Sequence record: PX880101.1
Direction: 5' to 3' (one strand)
DNA from: a phage
DNA: 64,000 nucleotides
Shown here: positions 55,849 to 64,000 of the stretch, piece by piece
Layout: each line of letters begins with the position of its first letter
How positions within the stretch are numbered: position 1 is the stretch's first letter
Program-made: the position numbers and the translations under genes
Notes under the pieces: model-generated
Told to the model about the DNA's origin: nothing
Seen by the model: the letters and a program-made list of their open reading frames with translations, nothing else
Databases searched by the model: none

Positions 55849-56984
55849 ATTGCTCCAACATTTCTAAGAACGTTAACAAGTTTTGTTTGATCATTGAATG
55901 TTCGCTTCATATACAAACAGTCAAAAATTATACTCATCCATTGACCTACGGAAATTCTACGATCAACACCATTGAAGTCAGTATACTTAACAACACCTTT
56001 CGGGAACCACTTCTTGTACTGATCAATAATAGCCACCCACATCTCCTTTGGAGTGCTGCACTGAGACAGTAGGTAGAATGCTGAGGCATCCCCGAACTTA
56101 CCCTTACCGATAAGTCCTTGATACGGCTTGATATTGTCAGCAGAGTCACCACACAGCATTTGGTATCCGAAGAACAGCATTCCGTAACCACCAACCTCTC
56201 CATTAGGCTTCATGAAGATGTTCCCCATACCGTTATCGATCAGCATAGGGGTTTCCCTTACAAAATCTCCCTTATCGTTTCGCATGGGATCGAACACAAG
56301 CCCCGGTAGTGTTCTTTGGTCCTTATCAATAGAGATAATAAACTTGTTGAACTTACCTGTTTTTTGGTAGTGGTTCCAACCTTCAAATTGCTGAATAGCT
56401 AACCAGTCGTCAGCCTCGATACCGTTGATCACTTGAGCATTATACTGCTTTTGGAGATACTGTCTTGCATCTCCAAGCAGCAGTGGTCGAAGAGTATTGT
56501 TACGGTTGGCCTTGTATCTTTCCGGCATTGGAAGATCTAGTCTGAAGTTACCTGTGCCTCCCAACACCCCGACACATCGCTCTTCCGGAATACCCAGATA
56601 GTTAAGAACTGCATTAGCTTTACACTTAATTGTGTGTAAGCAGTTCTCTACAGGATCAGGGGTTTGGATATCCAAGACATCGAAATCTTCTCGTGTCCAC
56701 GGAATAAACTCCTTGCCAGCCTTTTTACATGCAGCTTCACGGTTGGTATTCTCAGCTTTTAACCAACCACCAACGGTGTTCTTCTGCCGCCCCCAGAACT
56801 CTGTTCGTGTTTTAAACATCTTCTTACGTCCGGAGGCTTTGTGTGTTACCTCAATTGTCCTTTTTTCACAACTTGCTGCAGCTTGATATGCAACCTGATC
56901 GAAGTCATAATAAACTATAGCGTCAGGTTCAAGAAGATCAGCCAGACAATCTATGGACTCAATAAGTGGATATTCTCTACTCAA
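55845..56984 (-). CDS. 5'-3' exonuclease / flap endonuclease (FEN family)
   Basis: GIEADDWLA (FEN EADD motif) and CGDSADNIKPYQGLIGKGK (H3TH GDxSDNI...G.G.K). Confidence 0.7.
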   Translation of the reverse strand: MSREYPLIESIDCLADLLEPDAIVYYDFDQVAYQAAASCEKRTIEVTHKASGRKKMFKTRTEFWGRQKNTVGGWLKAENTNREAACKKAGKEFIPWTREDFDVLDIQTPDPVENCLHTIKCKANAVLNYLGIPEERCVGVLGGTGNFRLDLPMPERYKANRNNTLRPLLLGDARQYLQKQYNAQVINGIEADDWLAIQQFEGWNHYQKTGKFNKFIISIDKDQRTLPGLVFDPMRNDKGDFVRETPMLIDNGMGNIFMKPNGEVGGYGMLFFGYQMLCGDSADNIKPYQGLIGKGKFGDASAFYLLSQCSTPKEMWVAIIDQYKKWFPKGVVKYTDFNGVDRRISVGQWMSIIFDCLYMKRTFNDQTKLVNVLRNVGAI

Positions 56985-57285
56985 AGACCCTCCTGTTAGT
57001 TATTCTGCAAGATGGTTGGATGCTGTAATGGAATGCATCATCACTCTCTGCAATAAGTGACTCAACATCCCAATACTTTTCAAAAAGGAACGGATTAGAC
57101 CCCCAGTGGTGGGTTATTTTCATCAAGGAGTCTGGTATCATATAACCACAGATCTTAATTACATCGCCAGGTTGAATTGTGTTTTCATGAAGGTTGCTTG
57201 CCTTCTTCAGAATCATACCTTTATGATTCTCGTTTGCATACAACTGGACAATATCTTTATCTTCAACAATAAAAATTTTAAGCAT
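56977..57285 (-). CDS. hypothetical protein
   Basis: ORF. Confidence 0.45.
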   Translation of the reverse strand: MLKIFIVEDKDIVQLYANENHKGMILKKASNLHENTIQPGDVIKICGYMIPDSLMKITHHWGSNPFLFEKYWDVESLIAESDDAFHYSIQPSCRITNRRVFE

Positions 57286-57344
57286 ATCTAGTTCTCCTAG
57301 TTTATAGATATCTGACCGATAATATCAGATTAATAACACTTTTG

Positions 57345-57638
57345 TCAAGACTTTTTAGTCTTTCTTGGAGAGCTTTTTGTTGATCTTTTCCTTTTGTGGT
57401 AGATTCCAAGTGCAGCGTTTTCTTGGGCGCACGTTTTAACAGTTCTCAGACAAGAACTTTCAGCTTTAGGCAGGTTTAACTCCCACCAACCAAGCCAGTA
57501 AAGTTCTGATTCAGACAACTGCTCAGATTCAGCCTTCCGATACAGGGCTTGCATACCTCTGATGATATCGTCCAGAGGTGTATCGAATACAAAAGCTGTC
57601 TTATCAAATTTCTCTTTTGCAGGTTTCTTAGCCATCAA
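57345..57638 (-). CDS. hypothetical protein with basic C-terminus
   Basis: ORF. Confidence 0.45.
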   Translation of the reverse strand: MMAKKPAKEKFDKTAFVFDTPLDDIIRGMQALYRKAESEQLSESELYWLGWWELNLPKAESSCLRTVKTCAQENAALGIYHKRKRSTKSSPRKTKKS

Positions 57639-58092
57639 GGTAACCCTCTATCCACGAAAAGTCAGTCTTCCATTCTGGAACTTTACTAAGCTCACGCCAC
57701 TCTGCAAAGCAGTCTCGGTAATACGCCTCTGCCATACCTTTGGTGATCTTATTCACCTTAGCCAACTGATTAACTGCTTGAGCATACTTTCCACGGATAT
57801 TTGCTAACCCAGGATGCACAGATGTGTGACAATCTGGGCACAACGCTATCAGTCCGACAAGCCGGATCACTCCCTCTTCGAAAGTGTAAAGTTCATGACA
57901 CTCCACTGGATGTTTGCTGCCTTTACCTCCGCACACCTCACAAGTGTAGTTGGCTTCTCTGTAGCACTTCTTACGGATCTTATCCCACTCACTCTTCTTC
58001 ACAGCGTTTCGTAGGTTATTATACCAAGCTGTTTCTGGGATCAGTTGCACAATAAGCCTGCGTTCAGACTTCATTAAACGTCCGTCTTCCAC
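57628..58092 (-). CDS. HNH endonuclease
   Basis: CEVCGGKGSKHPVECHELY...CPDCHTSVH. Confidence 0.75.
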   Translation of the reverse strand: MEDGRLMKSERRLIVQLIPETAWYNNLRNAVKKSEWDKIRKKCYREANYTCEVCGGKGSKHPVECHELYTFEEGVIRLVGLIALCPDCHTSVHPGLANIRGKYAQAVNQLAKVNKITKGMAEAYYRDCFAEWRELSKVPEWKTDFSWIEGYLDG

Positions 58093-58101
58093 GTATTCTC
58101 C

Positions 58102-58308
58102 TCATTCAAAGAAATGGGTGCGAGGACAAGATCCAGCCTCGCCTTGTTTCACAAGCTCGTAGAGCTCACCTTGACTTGTCTCATAAAGGCAAATACGTTT
58201 ACCATTGTCCCGATATACATCGACAAGATACGCTGTTTCACCTGCAAACACGACACCACAGGCCAGACATGCTGCCATGAACAAAATTGCCAACAGAAAA
58301 TCTTTCAT
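58102..58308 (-). CDS. hypothetical small secreted protein or lipoprotein next to the lysozyme gene
   Basis: MKDFLLAILFMAACLAC signal or lipobox-like N-terminus. Confidence 0.45.
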   Translation of the reverse strand: MKDFLLAILFMAACLACGVVFAGETAYLVDVYRDNGKRICLYETSQGELYELVKQGEAGSCPRTHFFE

Positions 58309-58371
58309 GGTTAAACCCTCCTAAACATTTTATGAGGCAACAATACCACGTCCGTGTGGTTATGTCAATGA

Positions 58372-58842
58372 TCAATCAAGGACAACACCGCCTGCCTTTT
58401 TAAACACCTCGATCAACTTCTCAATCTTCTGTTCATGCTGACCATATCCAGCACCAGGTAACGAAGCCCAGCGGGAACGGCATTTATGGATAGCCTCGTG
58501 GATACGCCCTTCGTCAATGTCGGCGAGAGCCTTGCACTCACGGATCAGTTGCAACGCAATCTTGTCCTGACTGGCAGGGCCAAAATCTGGCAATCCTAAC
58601 TGTTCCATGTAGTGTTTAGCAAACTTCTCCAAAACCTGGTAACGCCCAGCAGCGGAGGAGGTAAGTTTAGCATTTAGCTTAACGTACACACCTGGATGCT
58701 TGCTGTAATCGCTAAACAGCTTGCCACCAACTATGACATCATAGCCCCGATCCTTGGTGGGTTGTCTACCATTATCTGTGCCTTCTGAATATGCGATCAT
58801 ATCCAAGAAAGCTTTTCGTTGAACATTTTTATCAAGTTTCAT
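58372..58842 (-). CDS. Endolysin, lambda R-like lytic transglycosylase
   Basis: NVQRKAFLDMIAYSEGTDNGRQ...GYDVIVGG...AGRYQ...WASLPGAGYGQHE closely parallels lambda R. Confidence 0.9.
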   Translation of the reverse strand: MKLDKNVQRKAFLDMIAYSEGTDNGRQPTKDRGYDVIVGGKLFSDYSKHPGVYVKLNAKLTSSAAGRYQVLEKFAKHYMEQLGLPDFGPASQDKIALQLIRECKALADIDEGRIHEAIHKCRSRWASLPGAGYGQHEQKIEKLIEVFKKAGGVVLD

Positions 58843-58966
58843 TTTTCATACTCTCCAGTTTACTCATAACTAACCAGATCAACAACACTACACAGTGTGG
58901 TTATGTAGGTGCCAATTGAAAAACCATCATTCGATTGGCTACCGTTACCTACTAAACCTTCCTACA

Positions 58967-60250
58967 TCATTCCAGAACCTCCCAAGTGTCTGGGTCAACA
59001 TTTCGGACGCATATACCGACAGGGAATTGGTAGTTGTTGTCTTCTGTCCTTGATTGATATTTGAAGGTGACAAACTTGCCGATCATTTCCTGCATCCTGT
59101 CATAGCTACGCTCCTCGTGCGTGCCTTTCATCTTCATTTTAACAATAACACCTTCCTTGTCAACACAGATAAGAACACCTTCATCATTCTTATCTTTCTC
59201 AACGTCAATAACTTTCACCTCTGCGTCGTTGAACTTTTTCCATTTCAATGCTTCAGATGTTCGCTGACCGTACTCGTATTTACCGCAGAAATTACGCATG
59301 ATAGTACCTTCATATCCTTCGGACATGAATATACCAACAGATTCTTCGCAATGATCAACTGTGTACGCAAGCTCTGCGTCAACAACCTTGATATGGTCAA
59401 GCATCAGAGTGGTAACGGTATCCTCTGCATCCATAAGATCCTTGCAGCGTCCAGACTCTGTTTCTGGATCCCACCACACCTTGTCGCTAGGAATATCAAA
59501 AATGTGATACTCCAGATCGTAGCTACAGTACCCACCGTAACGCAAATCATCACGAACAGGCTCAACATCGACAGGAATATCTACCTTGTTGAAGTTTTTG
59601 TATGTTGATAAGCCTGCCTTAATTGCTGCATGACGGCGTTTTTTATCTGCCTCATAGTCTTTATCGATCTCGGCCTGAATCTCTTCCTGTGTGCGCCACC
59701 GTTTAGCAAGAGACACTATTTTCTGCAAAGGAAGACCATGAATGTATAGTTCCCCATCAAGTTGTTTAATCCCAGTGGTAGAATGGAAAGAACGAAGTTG
59801 CTCTAAAAGCTTTCCTTGAATAGGGTAGGACTTATTACCACGGGAAATAAATTTAGGCTCACCATTTTGGAAAACAACAAGCAGACGAAGGCCATCTAAC
59901 TTACGCAAGATCCAGCAAGGTAATTTAAGTGCCTTGCCACGCTTCAGGTAGTCATGCACCAGCATGGGTAAAAGATCAACACCCTGCTCGCAATCTTCCA
60001 TGTTTTCAACATACCCCAGACGGACTTGTTTTTCCCACTTGCTGATAGCCTCAAGCTCGGCCTGTTGCTCAGCTGTAGTCTCGTTGGCACGACCTACGTT
60101 CTTAGGTGTGCATACCGTCTCTTTGTACTGCAGTTTACCATCAAGCTTGCCAAACTCTACGATAACCTTATCACCATCCGTGAATACTTTCCACTGTTGG
60201 TAGCTGCCATCTTTATTCAGTGCGTACAGTGTTGTTTTGATCTGATGCAT
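58967..60250 (-). CDS. ATP-dependent DNA ligase
   Basis: Motif I KLDGLR (KxDGxR). Confidence 0.8.
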   Translation of the reverse strand: MHQIKTTLYALNKDGSYQQWKVFTDGDKVIVEFGKLDGKLQYKETVCTPKNVGRANETTAEQQAELEAISKWEKQVRLGYVENMEDCEQGVDLLPMLVHDYLKRGKALKLPCWILRKLDGLRLLVVFQNGEPKFISRGNKSYPIQGKLLEQLRSFHSTTGIKQLDGELYIHGLPLQKIVSLAKRWRTQEEIQAEIDKDYEADKKRRHAAIKAGLSTYKNFNKVDIPVDVEPVRDDLRYGGYCSYDLEYHIFDIPSDKVWWDPETESGRCKDLMDAEDTVTTLMLDHIKVVDAELAYTVDHCEESVGIFMSEGYEGTIMRNFCGKYEYGQRTSEALKWKKFNDAEVKVIDVEKDKNDEGVLICVDKEGVIVKMKMKGTHEERSYDRMQEMIGKFVTFKYQSRTEDNNYQFPVGICVRNVDPDTWEVLE

Positions 60251-60519
60251 TACTCGGTCTCTTCCTTAAAAATTTTAAACATCTCTTCTTTACTCATTAC
60301 CAACCAGTCTCCCATAAAGTCAACTAGCCAATCTCCCTGGTACAAGACAAGGTTACCAAAAGGCTCGACAAGCTCACACATGCGACGAAGATCTCTGGTC
60401 CGAACAGGTGACGATGTAAACACACCTGTATCAATCCACCGTTGCAGATCAGATACTGATGAAGAGCTTCCGTCAAACTGATGTGCTTCTACAGGTTTAG
60501 CAAGATTAAATAACGGCAT
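60250..60519 (-). CDS. hypothetical protein
   Basis: ORF. Confidence 0.45.
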   Translation of the reverse strand: MPLFNLAKPVEAHQFDGSSSSVSDLQRWIDTGVFTSSPVRTRDLRRMCELVEPFGNLVLYQGDWLVDFMGDWLVMSKEEMFKIFKEETE

Positions 60520-60814
60520 TGCAGTCCTCCTTCTGTAGTAGGTCTTTTATAGGATAAACAAGTAAGTGTGGGTCGTAATAACGTATAGTCCTATTCTGCC
60601 ACACTATGAACTTTATTACAACCAAATTTACAATATCTTTATCACCATGTAGCCCAACACACACATTTGTCCATATTTTGTGGTTGAAGACCTTGCTATC
60701 GATGTAGATTTTAGTGTCAAACTTATCTTCCATTCTACCAATAAGTTTGATCAGCTCCTTCATCTGGTCGCCAAACACAGCATCTTTTTCAAGATCTCTG
60801 GAATGCTTGTACAT
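60506..60814 (-). CDS. hypothetical protein
   Basis: ORF. Confidence 0.45.
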   Translation of the reverse strand: MYKHSRDLEKDAVFGDQMKELIKLIGRMEDKFDTKIYIDSKVFNHKIWTNVCVGLHGDKDIVNLVVIKFIVWQNRTIRYYDPHLLVYPIKDLLQKEDCNAVI

Positions 60815-60876
60815 AACTGACTACCTCACTGCATACTTTCCATAATAAGTAAAGCCGGGTAATCCCGGCTATGTTG

Positions 60877-61590
60877 TTAAATATACTCTGTTACATCCTT
60901 GAAGCTCGAAGGCTTCATAATCTTACCTTTACTGTCAAGGAATATAATAACTTTATTGCCGTTGTAGAACTCCTCTTTAGCAACGAAACCTTCGTAGCGA
61001 CCACCAAAACGACGCTCAAGATCTTTAATCTCCAACTCGATGAGTTGTTCAGCAGGCATATCTGCACTGGCACCGTGTGAATGCCGTAGATGGTTGATCC
61101 GTGCAAACTTACTGTCATTAGATTTTAGAACCTTCCGCATCATCCCACACACATCCCCGCTAAGCTGGAACAGCAAAGCTGTTGATAACTCCGCTAGTCG
61201 GTAAGATGACGCTCTTTGCTTGGATGTGTTTTTCGCAGCGATCAGTGTATCATAGAACTCACCGATCTTGAACTTAAGACCTCGCGGATTATCAAACAGG
61301 TTTGACCACTTTTCGTGGTTATCATTAACAAGATAAGCTGCATAACTTGTGACAACGTGAAGATCGCAGGCCTCTTTTAGCAGGTGATCTCCACCATCAC
61401 CTTTCTCCAGCTCTTCCAAAACCTCATTGAACTCTTCCTCAATGAAGCTAAGCTGTAATTCGAATGGTGTGTATGATTTTTTCACTTTAGCTGCCACACG
61501 GTTCCAGTTTTCCACCCAGTTGGCAGACCAAAGGTAGTTTTCAGGCTGGGACAGTTTTTCCAGGTTGTCGATCAGTTTAGTATTCAGCAT
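60877..61590 (-). CDS. hypothetical protein (possible MazG-like all-alpha NTP pyrophosphatase segment)
   Basis: EEEFNEVLEELEKGD...KEACDL resembles the MazG EExxE...E..D pattern; weak. Confidence 0.35.
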   Translation of the reverse strand: MLNTKLIDNLEKLSQPENYLWSANWVENWNRVAAKVKKSYTPFELQLSFIEEEFNEVLEELEKGDGGDHLLKEACDLHVVTSYAAYLVNDNHEKWSNLFDNPRGLKFKIGEFYDTLIAAKNTSKQRASSYRLAELSTALLFQLSGDVCGMMRKVLKSNDSKFARINHLRHSHGASADMPAEQLIELEIKDLERRFGGRYEGFVAKEEFYNGNKVIIFLDSKGKIMKPSSFKDVTEYI

Positions 61591-61603
61591 TAAAGGTCTC
61601 CTT

Positions 61604-62365
61604 TTAAAGTTCCATAAAGTTTTCTACAGTTTCAATAAATGCTTTATCAGAGAAAGCGTCAACAGCACCGTTAAACCATACAGGGATCCCGCGATCCTCA
61701 TATTGATAAAGGTCGCTACGTGAAATGCCACTTCCATCTGCACTCTGCGAATCATACTTGTTTACAATCAGCAGTTTTGTGCCTTTACAAGTAGCAGGAA
61801 ACAATTCCCAGTTAAAATTAATAACTGTGTTAGAACAACCTACCAGGATCACCATATCATTGCTTGTGAGAGATGTCAACAGGTCATACATGTCTGTATA
61901 CTTAGGAGCAACCTCACCGAAGAACACTACATTGGGCTTAACCCAGGTATACTTGCCTGTATCTACCTCCGTGTATCCGATATTTTTAATTACATCATTA
62001 CCTTCAGCATCTTCGTAGGTGATTTCAGGCAAATACCCGTGGACATGTAAAATATCTTCATGTTTTACACCAGCACGCTCCAGCAAATCATCTACATTGG
62101 TAGTAAGGTTGATCACACGACCAGACCAGCGGGAATACCACTCAGCGATCCGAAGATGTGCAAGGTTAGGATCAACACTGCCCAGAGCTACACGACGTGC
62201 ATTGTAAAAGTCATGCACCTTATAGTAGTTCTTGGCAAAGGTGTGGATGTTGCACACCTCATCGATGCTGAAATTCTCCCACATTGCAGTGCTACCAGAT
62301 CGGAAAGTGGGAATACCAGATTCAGCGCTCAAACCAGCACCGGAGATAATAATCAGTCGTCGCAT
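61604..62365 (-). CDS. Sir2-family NAD-dependent protein (sirtuin-like)
   Basis: ISGAGLSAESGIPTFR (Sir2 GAGISxxxGIPxFR motif) and TNVDDL. Confidence 0.75.
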   Translation of the reverse strand: MRRLIIISGAGLSAESGIPTFRSGSTAMWENFSIDEVCNIHTFAKNYYKVHDFYNARRVALGSVDPNLAHLRIAEWYSRWSGRVINLTTNVDDLLERAGVKHEDILHVHGYLPEITYEDAEGNDVIKNIGYTEVDTGKYTWVKPNVVFFGEVAPKYTDMYDLLTSLTSNDMVILVGCSNTVINFNWELFPATCKGTKLLIVNKYDSQSADGSGISRSDLYQYEDRGIPVWFNGAVDAFSDKAFIETVENFMEL

Positions 62366-62373
62366 AAGTGTCC

Positions 62374-62724
62374 TCAGTAGATGTTTTGTTTAATCTCTAT
62401 TCCAAACTTCTTGAATGAGTCAGCAGCAAGCATAAATTTACGAGCTGCCGATGGATTAGAAGTATGCACGAAAATAATCACGTTGTCAATAAGTGGTGGC
62501 TTTCCGAATACAAGTTTCTCCTCTAGCGCAGAGAAGCAGTCGTACCCTTCAAGCACTTCACCTAGATCATTGTCAAAATGCCACTCAGAAACGCGCCTGT
62601 AGAGCTTTCTATTATCGTTAATAAAATCCATGAACTCAGAAGAGTTCTTCAGCCAAAGAGCATCTTGGATTCCGTAATTTGACGGATCTCTCAAGTCATC
62701 TAGCCACACAATCAACTTCTTCAT
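62374..62724 (-). CDS. hypothetical protein, translationally coupled to the RNA ligase-like gene
   Basis: ATG overlaps the upstream stop (ATGA). Confidence 0.45.
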   Translation of the reverse strand: MKKLIVWLDDLRDPSNYGIQDALWLKNSSEFMDFINDNRKLYRRVSEWHFDNDLGEVLEGYDCFSALEEKLVFGKPPLIDNVIIFVHTSNPSAARKFMLAADSFKKFGIEIKQNIY

Positions 62725-63638
62725 TGCATATAGTCCTCGTTGTGAAAATAGCAATCAAGTATCTCACGGCGTTCCTGCTCCAGGAGGCAGTTCCACACAT
62801 CTTCTGTGTAATTGCTACGAATGAAGTTTACCATGCCATAAAACTCTTCGTCAATACGTTTAAAGATATCATCATCCCAAATCTTCCAAGCTTTACCCCT
62901 CATTACGGCCTTCCGTGCCAAATAGTATGGAGACTTGATCTTCAGCTGCAGGTCATAAGGGTAGTAAGGCTTACGGATCATATACCCTTCGCCCCTTGTT
63001 TCTGCAGCTAATTCTTTTGCATAGCTGAACGGGATTTCACGCACAGTGTGAGGACGTTTTGCACCAAGGTATTTGGCAATCCCATCTAAAGCTGCTTCTG
63101 GTAGCATTATTCCAGAATCATTATATCTGCAACCTATCAAATATGCGCCATGGTCTTCTTGAACAATATGCGGATCTGAAGGGTGACAAATTTCAAACAT
63201 GAATGTCATGTTTTCATTGCCCATAACCTTCTTGATAAGATCTAAATTACCACATTGCTCTTGGATGGTTTCCTTTGCAAGGTTACAATATGGAGAATCA
63301 AGAGACCCGGTTGTTGAGAACAATAGGTCACCTTTATGAGATGATACCACACCAAGGAATCCGTTCTTTTTCTCTACCGCAGTCACAAGCTTATTGTCAG
63401 GCAGGTTGGTGGAGTTTTCTCCCAAGTTAAACACTTTTGTGAAGGGCCATGCCACAACATTTCCTTCATTACCTACAACAATGCCTCGGCACTCCAGTAA
63501 ACGAGGGGACAAATGCCATAAATTGTTGTAAAATACTTTTCTAGCATATTTATAGATCTTTAACCCGAGATCTGGGTAATACCTACTGGTTACAAGACCT
63601 TTGTCAACTAGGTCGTCTGCATTAAAATACTTCATCAT
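62721..63638 (-). CDS. Putative RNA ligase (Rnl2-like nucleotidyltransferase)
   Basis: Motif I-like EKKNGFLG (compare T4 Rnl2 EKIHG), motif IV-like EGYMIRK, motif V-like LKIKSP. Confidence 0.5.
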   Translation of the reverse strand: MMKYFNADDLVDKGLVTSRYYPDLGLKIYKYARKVFYNNLWHLSPRLLECRGIVVGNEGNVVAWPFTKVFNLGENSTNLPDNKLVTAVEKKNGFLGVVSSHKGDLLFSTTGSLDSPYCNLAKETIQEQCGNLDLIKKVMGNENMTFMFEICHPSDPHIVQEDHGAYLIGCRYNDSGIMLPEAALDGIAKYLGAKRPHTVREIPFSYAKELAAETRGEGYMIRKPYYPYDLQLKIKSPYYLARKAVMRGKAWKIWDDDIFKRIDEEFYGMVNFIRSNYTEDVWNCLLEQERREILDCYFHNEDYMQ

Positions 63639-63699
63639 ACGTTCCTCATTTGTCGTTTTGTCAGTCTATCCTGTCACACAAATAACCTAGTGTCAACAC

Positions 63700-63728
63700 T
63701 TGAAATTAACAAAACAGTTAGATATACT
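63700..63728 (+). promoter_or_regulatory. sigma70-like promoter TTGAAA-N17-TATACT
   Basis: Hexamers about 30 nt upstream of the 63757 ATG. Confidence 0.5.
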
Positions 63729-63756
63729 ATCGTTGAAATTAAAACGGAGGGTCACT

Positions 63757-64000
63757 ATGTCTAAAATGCTATATATCGTGCGTGGTCTACCAAGGTCTGG
63801 CAAATCAACACTGGCAAATGCGCTATCTTTAGAGGGTCTGTATCCACATTTTGAGAACGACATGTTCTGGTATGACGATGACGGCAATTACAACTGGGAT
63901 GCAAGTAAAGTAACACTCGCAGCGAAATGGTGCAAAGATAACGTAGAAGATATGATGCGTATGGGATACGACCGTATCGTGGTAAGTAATACGTTTACAA
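63757..64000 (+). CDS. P-loop kinase, possible polynucleotide 5'-kinase (3' end outside window)
   Basis: GGAGGG SD; Walker A GLPRSGKST and later IVVSNTF resemble T4 Pnk (GCPGSGKST, VIISDTN); frame open to the window end. Confidence 0.45.
   Translation, partial: MSKMLYIVRGLPRSGKSTLANALSLEGLYPHFENDMFWYDDDGNYNWDASKVTLAAKWCKDNVEDMMRMGYDRIVVSNTFT

Noticed and set aside
59054-60481. Plus-strand ORFs (184 and 151 aa) inside the DNA ligase gene
   Set aside because: Antisense to a gene with a clear ligase motif
63693-63887. 64-aa minus-strand ORF
   Set aside because: Overlaps the promoter, SD and 5' end of the plus-strand kinase gene

Overview
The window reads as part of a large lytic dsDNA phage genome of a Gram-negative host (consensus sigma70-type promoters, AGGAG-type ribosome-binding sites), organised in four blocks. 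All calls are from reading the sequence and the supplied ORF translations, with motif comparison from memory; no database search was run. (1) 1-12.6 kb, plus strand: replication module with a T7 gp4/DnaB-like helicase C-terminus, a family A DNA polymerase split inside catalytic motif C by a 276-nt ORF-less group I-like intron, an SSB-like protein, an HNH homing endonuclease and a macro-domain protein. (2) 12.6-13.6 kb: repeat-rich non-coding spacer. (3) 13.6-24.3 kb, plus strand: about 30 small genes, most with their own TTGACA-N16-18-TAtAaT promoter and a stereotyped leader (GC hairpin, CA-rich tract, AGAGGA SD), ending at a terminator near 24.3 kb. (4) 24.3-26.8 kb: 2.5-kb ORF-free region where the two transcription directions converge, with iteron-like repeats and palindromes. 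(5) 26.8-63.6 kb, minus strand: tandem families of small acidic paralogues, a ribosome hibernation factor (HPF) homologue, then a nucleotide-metabolism and repair cluster (two DNA methyltransferases, ClpP-like protease, PhoH, NrdG, NrdD, glutaredoxin, NrdB, NrdA, ThyX-like, HAD nucleotidase, dNMP kinase, DnaQ-like exonuclease, EndoVII-like and RuvC-like nucleases, FEN-type 5'-3' exonuclease, HNH endonuclease, lambda R-like lysozyme, ATP-dependent DNA ligase, Sir2, Rnl2-like RNA ligase). A divergent P-loop kinase (possible polynucleotide kinase) starts at 63757. No tRNA, rRNA or CRISPR array was recognised. The strongest candidates for something new are the intron-split polymerase, the phage HPF, the 45-bp intergenic cassette and leader architecture of the early block, the iteron-rich non-coding region, and the Sir2/RNA-ligase/kinase cluster.
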